From a virus, in IMG/VR virus record IMGVR_UViG_3300045988_100906, positions 1-40,519 of that record: a stretch of 40,519 nt of DNA; one strand, given 5' to 3'. Below the pieces are notes generated by a model. The model ran no database searches, was not told where the DNA came from, and was given only the letters and a program-made list of their open reading frames with translations. The position numbers were made by a program, and so were the translations under genes. This document shows positions 27,504 through 34,177 of this stretch, piece after piece (the first letter of the stretch is position 1; each line of letters starts with the position of its first letter).

Positions 27504-28127
27504 TTAGTAATTTACTGCTTCTTCTCGAGTTATAAAAAAGTGTATTCCTGGTGCACACCCTTTCCACCTGTCTTCGAAAAAATCGTTTACTTCTACCGTC
27601 TCCCCCAGCTTATATATAAAATCCGGGGTGTAATTGCTACATACCTGCTTTAATTCGGTTTTGCTTCCGTCCAGGTTTGTAATAGACAATACCTTTGCCT
27701 TGCTACATCTGCATTTTCTACTGGTAGCACTGCTCCTCTTTGCGTCTTCCGCAATCTGGAGCTCGATTATATATCCACCTGCTTTCTTGTATCCTATAAA
27801 TGCTCCTTTTTCAGGGCACGCAAGTGCATACATTGCGGTAGTTTCATCGTATGTAGCTTCACGCAGGTCAGCTCCACACAGGTCAGCTCCTCTCAGGTCA
27901 GCTCCACGCAGGTCAGCTCCACACAGGTCAGCTCCACTCAGGTTAGCTCCATACAGGTCAGCTCCACTCAGGTTAGCTTCACGCAGGTCAGCTCCACGCA
28001 GGTTAGCTTCACGCAGGTCAGCTCCATACAGGTCAGCTCCACGCAGGTTAGCTCTCGCTCCTTTTCCAGTGCCTTTTAACCATTTTTCGTGTTCTTTAAT
28101 TATTTTTTTAATATTTTCATCTGTCAC
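27504..28127 (-). CDS. pentapeptide-repeat protein with a globular C-terminal domain (207 aa)
   Basis: About 13 consecutive A(N/D)L(x)GADL pentapeptides (residues about 24-92), then a Cys-containing domain ending [11 protein letters not shown]. Confidence 0.85.
   Translation of the reverse strand: MTDENIKKIIKEHEKWLKGTGKGARANLRGADLYGADLREANLRGADLREANLSGADLYGANLSGADLCGADLRGADLRGADLCGADLREATYDETTAMYALACPEKGAFIGYKKAGGYIIELQIAEDAKRSSATSRKCRCSKAKVLSITNLDGSKTELKQVCSNYTPDFIYKLGETVEVNDFFEDRWKGCAPGIHFFITREEAVNY
27852..28058. repeat. 15-bp-period coding repeats (pentapeptide region)
   Basis: caggtcagctccacN units read directly. Confidence 0.8.
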
Positions 28128-28176
28128 TTGCTTTTCCTCCTAATCTGCCTTATAATAGCGTTATATGTATGTTTTT

Positions 28177-28386
28177 TTATTTGCCCTCCCGGGTTGCCGC
28201 CCGGTGGGCTCTTTTTATTTTCTCCTCCCACTTCCTTACCTGCTCTAACATGTTGTAAAGTGCCAGGAATATCACTCCTGCACCGAATATCTGCACCAAC
28301 AGGCTTGTCCCTGCTGGAATCTCCAGCACCGTGTTAAATGCCAGCACAGTACCCAGCAAGGCGTCTGTTATGGTTTCTCTGTGCAT
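28177..28386 (-). CDS. 69-aa membrane protein
   Basis: MHRETITDALLGTVLAFNTVLEIPAGTSLLVQIFGAGVIFLAL... AAGGAGA RBS at 28386. Confidence 0.45.
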   Translation of the reverse strand: MHRETITDALLGTVLAFNTVLEIPAGTSLLVQIFGAGVIFLALYNMLEQVRKWEEKIKRAHRAATREGK

Positions 28387-28402
28387 ATCTCCTTTTCTCC
28401 TT

Positions 28403-28708
28403 TTACAATTCCTCTCTTCCGTAAAATCCCATTTCTCTGGCAATTTCCTGCGGATTATACTCTGGTACATGTTTCCGGCCGTTCTTATCAGCCAGTAACT
28501 TCTTCCATTTCCAGTAATCTGTAAAGGCCAAAAAATTTACTCTTTTTAAAGCACCTTCTCCCATTACTGCATAATCTCCGTACCGTTCCCGGTTTGCTTC
28601 GATTTCTTTCATGTGCTTTCTGGCTGTCCGGTCGCTTATATGGAACTGCTCTGTAATTCCTTTTACCGTCATAACCGGATTGCCATACATAAGGTTAATA
28701 ACTGTCAC
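28403..28708 (-). CDS. putative HTH DNA-binding protein (101 aa, GTG start)
   Basis: GGGAGG RBS 7 nt before the GTG at 28708. Segment ITEQFHISDRTARKHMKEI looks like an HTH. Upstream of 28708 this frame is Lys/Arg-rich junk that overlaps another, better frame. Confidence 0.5.
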   Translation of the reverse strand: MTVINLMYGNPVMTVKGITEQFHISDRTARKHMKEIEANRERYGDYAVMGEGALKRVNFLAFTDYWKWKKLLADKNGRKHVPEYNPQEIAREMGFYGREEL

Positions 28709-28736
28709 ATGGTCGCCTCCCTTCTTGTGTTTTAAT

Positions 28737-28928
28737 TCATTCCGTAACTTTTTGAATGGGCGCTTCTTGTGTGTAAATCTCTTCTTTTTCAACGAGAAGC
28801 GACCATCTTCCATTGTCAAAATCAACCGCAAGTCAGTAGATTCCTTCCATATCTTCCCCATTAAGTTTAAAGATTCCTTTTTCAAGATTAATTTCAAGGG
28901 ATTTTAATACTTTTCTCTCTACTGCCAT
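28737..28928 (-). pseudogene. early ORF interrupted by an in-frame TGA (31 codons, TGA at 28833..28835, then 31 more coding-like codons)
   Basis: GAGGTGAAAGAA RBS then MAVERKVLKSLEINLEKGIFKLNGEDMEGIY*LAVDFDNGRWSLLVEKEEIYTQEAPIQKVTE*. The second half has no start codon of its own. Confidence 0.4.
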
Positions 28929-28949
28929 TTCTTTCACCTCGCTCCTTTC

Positions 28950-29126
28950 TCACCCTGCTTTCTTCTCTTTATCCAGGAAAATAGCTGCTGCCATGTAAAT
29001 AGCCCCATCGAGTTTTCCTTGTACTCTTTCTGGGAGTTTGTCCCAGTTTTCTGCGATTTCTTTAAAACTTTTCAGGCGTTTTTCTTCCTGCTCTTTTGTA
29101 AGTTTTTTTTCCGTTTCCGTTCTCAT
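28950..29126 (-). CDS. first gene of the early (lytic) operon, 58 aa, no obvious HTH
   Basis: GAGGTGAG RBS before the ATG at 29126. Lies 35 nt downstream of the consensus promoter. Confidence 0.55.
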   Translation of the reverse strand: MRTETEKKLTKEQEEKRLKSFKEIAENWDKLPERVQGKLDGAIYMAAAIFLDKEKKAG

Positions 29127-29160
29127 GTTTCTCACCTCGCCTTCCGTATCTTATAGACAC

Positions 29161-29189
29161 ATTATAATATCTTGAAGATATTTTGTCAA
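29161..29189 (-). promoter_or_regulatory. early/lytic promoter, TTGACA-17-TATAAT
   Basis: Minus strand: TTGACA (29184..29189), 17-nt spacer, TATAAT (29161..29166). Confidence 0.7.
29167..29181. promoter_or_regulatory. operator-like palindrome ATATCTT-G-AAGATAT inside the lytic promoter spacer
   Basis: Perfect 7-1-7 palindrome. The half-site TATCTT recurs at 29147 and 29200. Confidence 0.5.
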
Positions 29190-29221
29190 CACTTTTTTGT
29201 ATCTTTAGGAAACTTTTTGTC

Positions 29222-29250
29222 TTGACTTTGCTTTTTTTCTGATATATAAT
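29222..29250 (+). promoter_or_regulatory. repressor promoter, TTGACT-17-TATAAT
   Basis: TTGACT at 29222..29227, 17-nt spacer, TATAAT at 29245..29250. Confidence 0.7.
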
Positions 29251-29276
29251 TGTTATTAGAAAGGCAGGTGAAGAGT

Positions 29277-29657
29277 TTGACGCAAGGCGAAAGAGTTAAA
29301 AAACTGAGAAAATCCCTTAATTACACACTTGACAAGTTTGGTGGAAAATTAGGTGTTCAAAAATCCGCTATATCAAAAATAGAAAAGGGAGAAAATAACT
29401 TAACGGAACAAATGCTTCTTTCTATATGTAGAGAATTTAATGTAAATGAAGAGTGGTTAAGAAACGAAACCGGGGAAATGTTTATAGAACTATCTTCGTA
29501 CGAAAAAACTTACAATCATTTTGGATACATAATGGAAAACGCTACTCCATCAAAAAAAGCAGCCTTATCTATTTTATTAGAAATGCTGTACAATGTTCCA
29601 GACGAACAGTGGAATATGATGATGAAGCAGTTTGAGGAAATAAAAAAGGAAGGCTAA
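29277..29657 (+). CDS. XRE/CI-like repressor without a peptidase domain (126 aa, TTG start)
   Basis: HTH_3 pattern GERVKKLRKSLNYTLDKFGGKLGVQKSAISKIEKGENNLT. AGGTGA RBS 7 nt before the TTG at 29277. The track start at 29250 lies inside the -10 box. Confidence 0.8.
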   Translation: MTQGERVKKLRKSLNYTLDKFGGKLGVQKSAISKIEKGENNLTEQMLLSICREFNVNEEWLRNETGEMFIELSSYEKTYNHFGYIMENATPSKKAALSILLEMLYNVPDEQWNMMMKQFEEIKKEG

Positions 29658-29667
29658 ACAGCCTTCC
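29648..29667. terminator. hairpin GGAAGGCT-AAAC-AGCCTTCC at the convergent gene ends
   Basis: 8-bp stem read directly. T-run follows on the minus strand only. Confidence 0.4.
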
Positions 29668-29767
29668 CGAAAATCCCTCGTATTAATTGGTAAATCTTTT
29701 TAATTTGAGAATCATCCATTTTGTCAATTAATTCGTGCAGGTGTTTTCGTAGTTCTTTTGTTTCCAT
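29654..29767 (-). CDS. 37-aa ORF (METKELRKHLHELIDKMDDSQIKKIYQLIRGIFGKAV)
   Basis: GGGAGGT RBS before the ATG at 29767. The rest of the 98-aa track ORF looks non-coding. Confidence 0.35.
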   Translation of the reverse strand: METKELRKHLHELIDKMDDSQIKKIYQLIRGIFGKAV

Positions 29768-29950
29768 TGTATGTACCTCCCTCATGGTTATATAGTGGGA
29801 ACGTATGTTTGTATATACTATACTACAATCAGTATACATTTTCAAGAACATACGTTCACGTTTTGGTGGTAACTTTCCCCACTTACTTAATATCCGAATT
29901 TGGGAGGTCGAAATTGTCGAAAGTTTTAATTTGTCCGGAAAACCGGACAC

Positions 29951-30148
29951 TTATTTAAAAGGGGAATCGAAAAGGTCAGTAATTTTGACTTTTAACCCTT
30001 TGGCCAAGTCTTCCATTGTATCCATACGCGGCATTATCTTGCTGTTGCAAATATCAGAAATCGTTGATTTTGGTATTTTGGTCATCATGGAAACTTGGCG
30101 TACTGTTATTTTTTTATTGTACATATATTCTTGCAATAAAATTCTCAT
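29951..30148 (-). CDS. small XRE-family HTH protein (65 aa)
   Basis: ITVRQVSMMTKIPKSTISDICNSK HTH pattern. AGGAG RBS. Confidence 0.7.
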   Translation of the reverse strand: MRILLQEYMYNKKITVRQVSMMTKIPKSTISDICNSKIMPRMDTMEDLAKGLKVKITDLFDSPFK

Positions 30149-30239
30149 GGCGGCAACTCCTTTTTTGATATTGTTGCCGTTTGGTGAGAGGTTTTATTCA
30201 ATTGTGCAACAAAAAAACTTACAAAAAAGAGGTGATAGA

Positions 30240-30728
30240 ATGGCATTAATAACTTGCACTGAATGCGGAAAAGAAATTTCTGATAAAGCATCTGCTTGTC
30301 CAAATTGTGGCTGTCCTATAGAACATATTAAACCACATGAAGAAATCAAGGAGCAGGAATATAGTCTACTCCACAAAATATTATACGGAAAAACATCAGG
30401 GGCTAAAGAGAGTTTCCAAAAAGGATTTGAAAAAGGGTTTGACAATACGAACAAACTGCAATGTCCTAAATGTGGAGGACATACCATTGATTTATGGTCT
30501 GATTCTGCTAATATGAAAGAATTTCAAAGGACTGGCTTAAATTTAAACCCTTTGCACCCACTAACTCCATTTAAAACGAAAACAATAAAAAAAGAAAAGA
30601 AATCCGCCGCAAAAATTGGTCTCGGAATTATGACAGGAGGCCTATCGCTTCTTGCGACAGGAGTTAATAAAAAAGCTCACAATGAATACTTTTGCCACGA
30701 TTGCGGTTATAGATGGATAAGTAAATAA
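30240..30728 (+). CDS. zinc-ribbon protein with a hydrophobic segment (162 aa)
   Basis: AGAGGTGA RBS. N-terminal CTECG..CPNCGC. A second ribbon CPKCGG...CHDCGY is split by KIGLGIMTGGLSLLATGV. Confidence 0.7.
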   Translation: MALITCTECGKEISDKASACPNCGCPIEHIKPHEEIKEQEYSLLHKILYGKTSGAKESFQKGFEKGFDNTNKLQCPKCGGHTIDLWSDSANMKEFQRTGLNLNPLHPLTPFKTKTIKKEKKSAAKIGLGIMTGGLSLLATGVNKKAHNEYFCHDCGYRWISK

Positions 30729-30811
30729 AAACCGCCACTGCGCCAAATTAACAGAAAGATTAAACCGCTTCGGCGTTTAATAATATTTTACAATTAGGAG
30801 GAGTAAAAGAA

Positions 30812-31153
30812 ATGGAAGAAAAGAAACTAAGTAAATTGTTGTTGGTATCACTTATTATCGGAGTGCTATATCTAATTTACAGTGCTTCATACTGGAGCGG
30901 TGCCGTAGGGAGTGGTGATACTGCCGAACAAATCGGGTCAGGTATTGCGGCTGTTTTAGTTATGCCACATTTAGTCACGACTGTCCTTGCTGTAATTTTT
31001 AATGCATTAGGGTTATTTATGCACAAAAGAGGATTTGCTCTTACTGGCGCAATTCTTTATACAGTAGCATTAGTGTTGTTTCCGATATACTTCATGTTTG
31101 TGATATTAGAAATGATTTTATCTTATATCGGATTCGCAAAAATGAAAAAATAA
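30812..31153 (+). CDS. 4-TM membrane protein (113 aa)
   Basis: AGGAGGAG RBS. Four hydrophobic helices. Confidence 0.7.
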   Translation: MEEKKLSKLLLVSLIIGVLYLIYSASYWSGAVGSGDTAEQIGSGIAAVLVMPHLVTTVLAVIFNALGLFMHKRGFALTGAILYTVALVLFPIYFMFVILEMILSYIGFAKMKK

Positions 31154-31242
31154 AACGAAAAGTCGTCCCTGCACCAAAATGTTACCATTGGGGGATTTTA
31201 GTCAAATGTAATAAAGAAATTTCAAAGTGAGGTGAATATAGA

Positions 31243-31686
31243 ATGGCTATGATTGTTTGCACAGAATGTGGAAAAAATTTTTCCGATAAAGCACCTGCAT
31301 GCCCAAACTGTGGTTGTCCCACATCAGCAATACAGCAAAATAACGAAGCAAAAGAACTGATTACGGGATTTGGTCGGATTATAGCACATGAAACATATGT
31401 AGAACTTATACCTTTAGACTTCCGGGCACTCGGTAAAGTAAATCGAAATATCTATTATAAAAATATTAGTGCTATTTCATATCAGCCGCCCAGTTTTATA
31501 AACCCGGGTTTTATACAGTTTATTATATCTGGAGCACCAGCTAAAAAGGTAGATATTTTAAAATATGGCTGGGATAAAGAACTCGCAAAAGATGAAAACT
31601 CTATTCTCATTCGCTATTCTATAAACAAAAAATTCAAACAAGAATGTTTAGATTTTGTAAATTACTTGAATACGCGAATTAATTAA
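31243..31686 (+). CDS. zinc-ribbon plus PH-like (YokE/DUF4429-like) domain protein (147 aa)
   Basis: N-terminus is paralogous to 30240 (M-A-x-I-x-CTECGK..SDKA.ACPNCGCP). C-terminal ..ISAISYQPPSFINPGFIQFII.. pattern. Confidence 0.7.
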   Translation: MAMIVCTECGKNFSDKAPACPNCGCPTSAIQQNNEAKELITGFGRIIAHETYVELIPLDFRALGKVNRNIYYKNISAISYQPPSFINPGFIQFIISGAPAKKVDILKYGWDKELAKDENSILIRYSINKKFKQECLDFVNYLNTRIN

Positions 31687-31758
31687 GAAAAACCGCCCGG
31701 TATTGGCGTACCGAACGGCTTTGAATATATCCGAAGATATACACATATTCCAGCAAAT

Positions 31759-31776
31759 ATATTGTATCATCTTCGG
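31759..31776. repeat. 18-bp inverted repeat, left arm (ATATTGTATCATCTTCGG)
   Basis: Exact reverse complement of 33278..33295. A third, imperfect copy CCGAAGAT-ATACA lies at 31731..31743. Confidence 0.9.
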
Positions 31777-31862
31777 GACAGTTTAACAATCAGAACGTCC
31801 GTTCTGTTGTTGACTGTTATTTTTGTACTCTTTTTTAAAAAACAAAGAAAGGAAGATGAAAA

Positions 31863-32975
31863 ATGTGGATTGAAGAAACCAAATCTGGAAAGTTTAAATT
31901 TACGGAGCAATACACGGATTACATGACTGGTAAGAAAAAAAGAGTATCCGTTACTCTTCCCAAGAATACCGCTGCTGCCAAAAAAAGCGCCGCATCGATT
32001 TTGGTAAGAATGATTGAGGAAAAGCAGTCTGTTCCAAAGCAAAACACCGATATCACTCTGGGCGAACTGATTAAGGAATATCTCCAGCACCAAAAATTGG
32101 TTTTAAAGGTATCCTCTTACAATTCCACCTATTACCTCTGTAATGCTATTTTAAAAATTTTTGACAAGGATATAAAGGTCGCAAATATAAGCCCTATTTT
32201 CCTTAAAGAAACCCTGATACGGACAGGAAAACCCAACGGATATCTTAATAATATCCGTAACAGAATGGTCGCTATATTCCATTGGGGACACGACAACGAT
32301 TATATTGCAGATATTTCTTTTGTTTCCAAACTTAAACCGTTTAAAGACAAAACGCATCGCGAGAAGATAGAGGATAAGTTCCTGGAGCCCAAGGAACTTG
32401 AAGCTCTCTTGAAAGGATTTAAAAATAAGAAATGGGAGTTATTGACACACTTCTTGGCCCTATCCGGTTTAAGGATTGGAGAGGCATTATCCCTGGAGAC
32501 ACAAGATATTGATTTTGCAAACCATGTTATCCACATTACAAAGACGATTTTCCCCGCTTTTAAAAGTGTAGATACACCTAAAACCCTGTCTTCCGTAAGA
32601 GATGTGTATATACAACCAGAGTTAGAAGCAATCTGCCGCGATATTATTCTTTTTATTAAGCAAGAGGGGTTATTTCGTGGGTACCGGACAAATCTTTTTA
32701 TCTGCAATACACGAGGAGATTATGTGTCCTATATCGTTTACAGCAACGTTTTAAAAAAGACATCCCTTGAATTGCTGGGACGTGAAATTACTCCTCATGT
32801 GCTGCGGCATACCCACGCTTCACTTCTGCTGGCGAACGGAATGAGCACGGATGCCATATCGAGAAGGCTTGGCCATGAAAACAGCGAAATCACCAGACAG
32901 GTATATTTGCATGTTACAGAAAAATTAAAAAAGCAGGAGCAGGAACAGATAAAAAAGATTCATTTAATAGGGTAA
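31863..32975 (+). CDS. int: tyrosine integrase 1 (370 aa)
   Basis: LSGLRIGEAL, HVLRHTHASLLL, LGHENSEITRQVYLHV (R..HxxR..H..Y). Confidence 0.9.
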   Translation: MWIEETKSGKFKFTEQYTDYMTGKKKRVSVTLPKNTAAAKKSAASILVRMIEEKQSVPKQNTDITLGELIKEYLQHQKLVLKVSSYNSTYYLCNAILKIFDKDIKVANISPIFLKETLIRTGKPNGYLNNIRNRMVAIFHWGHDNDYIADISFVSKLKPFKDKTHREKIEDKFLEPKELEALLKGFKNKKWELLTHFLALSGLRIGEALSLETQDIDFANHVIHITKTIFPAFKSVDTPKTLSSVRDVYIQPELEAICRDIILFIKQEGLFRGYRTNLFICNTRGDYVSYIVYSNVLKKTSLELLGREITPHVLRHTHASLLLANGMSTDAISRRLGHENSEITRQVYLHVTEKLKKQEQEQIKKIHLIG

Positions 32976-32997
32976 AAAAAGGGGACAAAAAGGGGAC
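32975..32997 (+). repeat. 23-bp direct repeat AAAAAAGGGGACAAAAAGGGGAC, copy 1 (part of the GGGGAC/GGGGAT cluster 32974..33018)
   Basis: Read directly. Overlaps the last base of the int1 stop codon and continues downstream. Confidence 0.9.
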
Positions 32998-33205
32998 AAA
33001 AGGGGATAAAAAAGGGATTTTTTACGCACTTTCCGTTCCGTCAAAAAGCAGTCAAAAACGCCGAAACCCCTTGATTTTACTGGGTTTTTCCGTCATTTGG
33101 TAATTAAAAGGATTTCCCTCTTTACAAATAGTTTTAAAAACTATGGTATTTTTTTGAATCCCTTTATTTACAAAGGCTTGTGGCGCTTTACAACGTCCAA
33201 AAAGC

Positions 33206-33228
33206 AAAAAAGGGGACAAAAAGGGGAC
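33206..33228 (+). repeat. 23-bp direct repeat, copy 2
   Basis: Identical to 32975..32997. Confidence 0.9.
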
Positions 33229-33277
33229 GAACAAAGAATACCGCAAAAATGATATGTTATATATAGTAAGAATTTTT

Positions 33278-33295
33278 CCGAAGATGATACAATAT
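33278..33295. repeat. 18-bp inverted repeat, right arm
   Basis: CCGAAGATGATACAATAT, reverse complement of 31759..31776. Confidence 0.9.
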
Positions 33296-33298
33296 TAA

Positions 33299-33323
33299 TC
33301 CCCGGCTGGCCGCCGGGGATTCT
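33299..33323 (+). repeat. 25-bp direct repeat and hairpin TCCCCGGCTGGCCGCCGGGGATTCT, copy 1
   Basis: Identical to 35385..35409. Stem CCCCGGC/GCCGGGG. Confidence 0.95.
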
Positions 33324-33416
33324 ATTTACAATTTATTTGTTATCTGCTATACTTCTTTTAGTGGAGAGCGGTGGCAAGCCCGCCCTCTCTGCTTTGTTCT
33401 CTAATGCCATTTCTTT

Positions 33417-33572
33417 TTAGTTGTCCTCAATTCCCTTCTGAGTATCGTCTATAAGTTTTTCGGTCATTTCTTCTGCTTTCTCATATTCCTTGTTTTTTAA
33501 GGCTTCTCTAAGGTCTTTTAAATCTTGCAGCAACCTTCTTAAATAACTTTTAAATACGCTCATCTCTTCCAT
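33417..33572 (-). CDS. 51-aa helical ORF
   Basis: MEEMSVFKSYLRRLLQDLKDLREALKNKEYEKAEEMTEKLIDDTQKGIEDN. AAAGGAGGAAAC RBS. Confidence 0.45.
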   Translation of the reverse strand: MEEMSVFKSYLRRLLQDLKDLREALKNKEYEKAEEMTEKLIDDTQKGIEDN

Positions 33573-33628
33573 GTTTCCTCCTTTCTCCGCTTGCCCGGTT
33601 ACTTGTAAGTTATCTTCCTTACAAGTAT

Positions 33629-33657
33629 ATAATACACTATTTTTTATATCCTGTCAA
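33629..33657 (-). promoter_or_regulatory. promoter TTGACA-17-TATTAT (drives the 51-aa ORF)
   Basis: Minus strand: -35 at 33652..33657, -10 at 33629..33634. The spacer is identical to that of the 34035 promoter. Confidence 0.55.
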
Positions 33658-33718
33658 TGCTTTTATATATTTTATATTATATTTATTCCACTTTTTTATT
33701 GTTTTTATATAAAATACA

Positions 33719-33943
33719 TTATATAATTGGCTTATTTGTTTCTTTGTCCACAAATGTTATTTTTAACTCTGCGTCCATAGCTTCTGCCACTTTTTGCAAC
33801 TCAGAGATTTTAAAAGTGTTTCTTTTGTATTTATTATTCATATTTTGCGGCGTCTGTCCGGTCCGCCTGGCAAGTTCTGCCTCTGTCATATTTCCTTTTT
33901 TTACCCGACACAAGTTTATATACTCTCTTACATCTGTATGCAT
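33719..33943 (-). CDS. XRE-type HTH regulator of the cassette (74 aa)
   Basis: MTEAELARRTGQTPQNMNNKYKR HTH pattern. GGAGGT RBS. Confidence 0.7.
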   Translation of the reverse strand: MHTDVREYINLCRVKKGNMTEAELARRTGQTPQNMNNKYKRNTFKISELQKVAEAMDAELKITFVDKETNKPII

Positions 33944-33964
33944 TGCTTTACCTCCTTTTCTTTA

Positions 33965-33993
33965 ATCATACATTTAATTTTATATTATGTCAA
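33965..33993 (-). promoter_or_regulatory. promoter TTGACA-17-TATGAT for the HTH gene
   Basis: Minus strand: -35 at 33988..33993, -10 at 33965..33970. Confidence 0.55.
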
Positions 33994-34034
33994 TTTTAAA
34001 ATTTAAAAAATATAAATTTATTTATAAAATACAG

Positions 34035-34063
34035 TTGACATTATATAAAAAATAGTGTATTGT
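34035..34063 (+). promoter_or_regulatory. promoter TTGACA-17-TATTGT (drives the 94-aa ORF and integrase 2)
   Basis: -35 at 34035..34040, -10 at 34058..34063. Mirror copy of the 33629..33657 promoter. Confidence 0.5.
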
Positions 34064-34177
34064 ATAGTTACAAATTAAAACAAAAGCCGGTGCAGCCCTA
34101 CCAAGACACGCAACCGGCACCAATCAAAAAAAAGAAAGGCAAGTACATTGTAGCATGTATTTGGAATGGTGAAAAGC

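Noticed and set aside
28128-28230. GC-rich hairpin CCCTCCCGGG-TTGCCG-CCCGGTGGG as a terminator
   Set aside because: It lies inside the 69-aa ORF coding region, and its T-run is on the plus strand, where no upstream gene exists.
28709-28897. First 63 codons of the 164-aa track ORF 28403..28897 (TTG start)
   Set aside because: This stretch is Lys/Arg-rich junk lying over a better-looking alternative frame with a strong RBS. A GGGAGG-GTG start at 28708 is more plausible.
29250-29276. Track start (TTG at 29250) of the repressor gene
   Set aside because: That codon begins at the last base of the -10 hexamer of the gene's own promoter. The TTG at 29277, behind AGGTGA, is the plausible start.
29805-30239. 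N-terminal 145 codons of the 307-aa plus-strand ORF, and the 98-aa minus ORF 29654..29950
   Set aside because: Both run through palindrome-rich, AT-rich intergenic sequence and through the opposite-strand HTH gene. Clear RBS-ATG starts exist at 30240 and 29767.
32974-33228. GGGGAC repeat clusters as a possible CRISPR array; also the 64-aa ORF 33052..33246
   Set aside because: The units are about 11 bp long with no spacers and there are no cas genes. Their layout fits integrase arm sites. The ORF has no RBS and lies in repeat and palindrome DNA.
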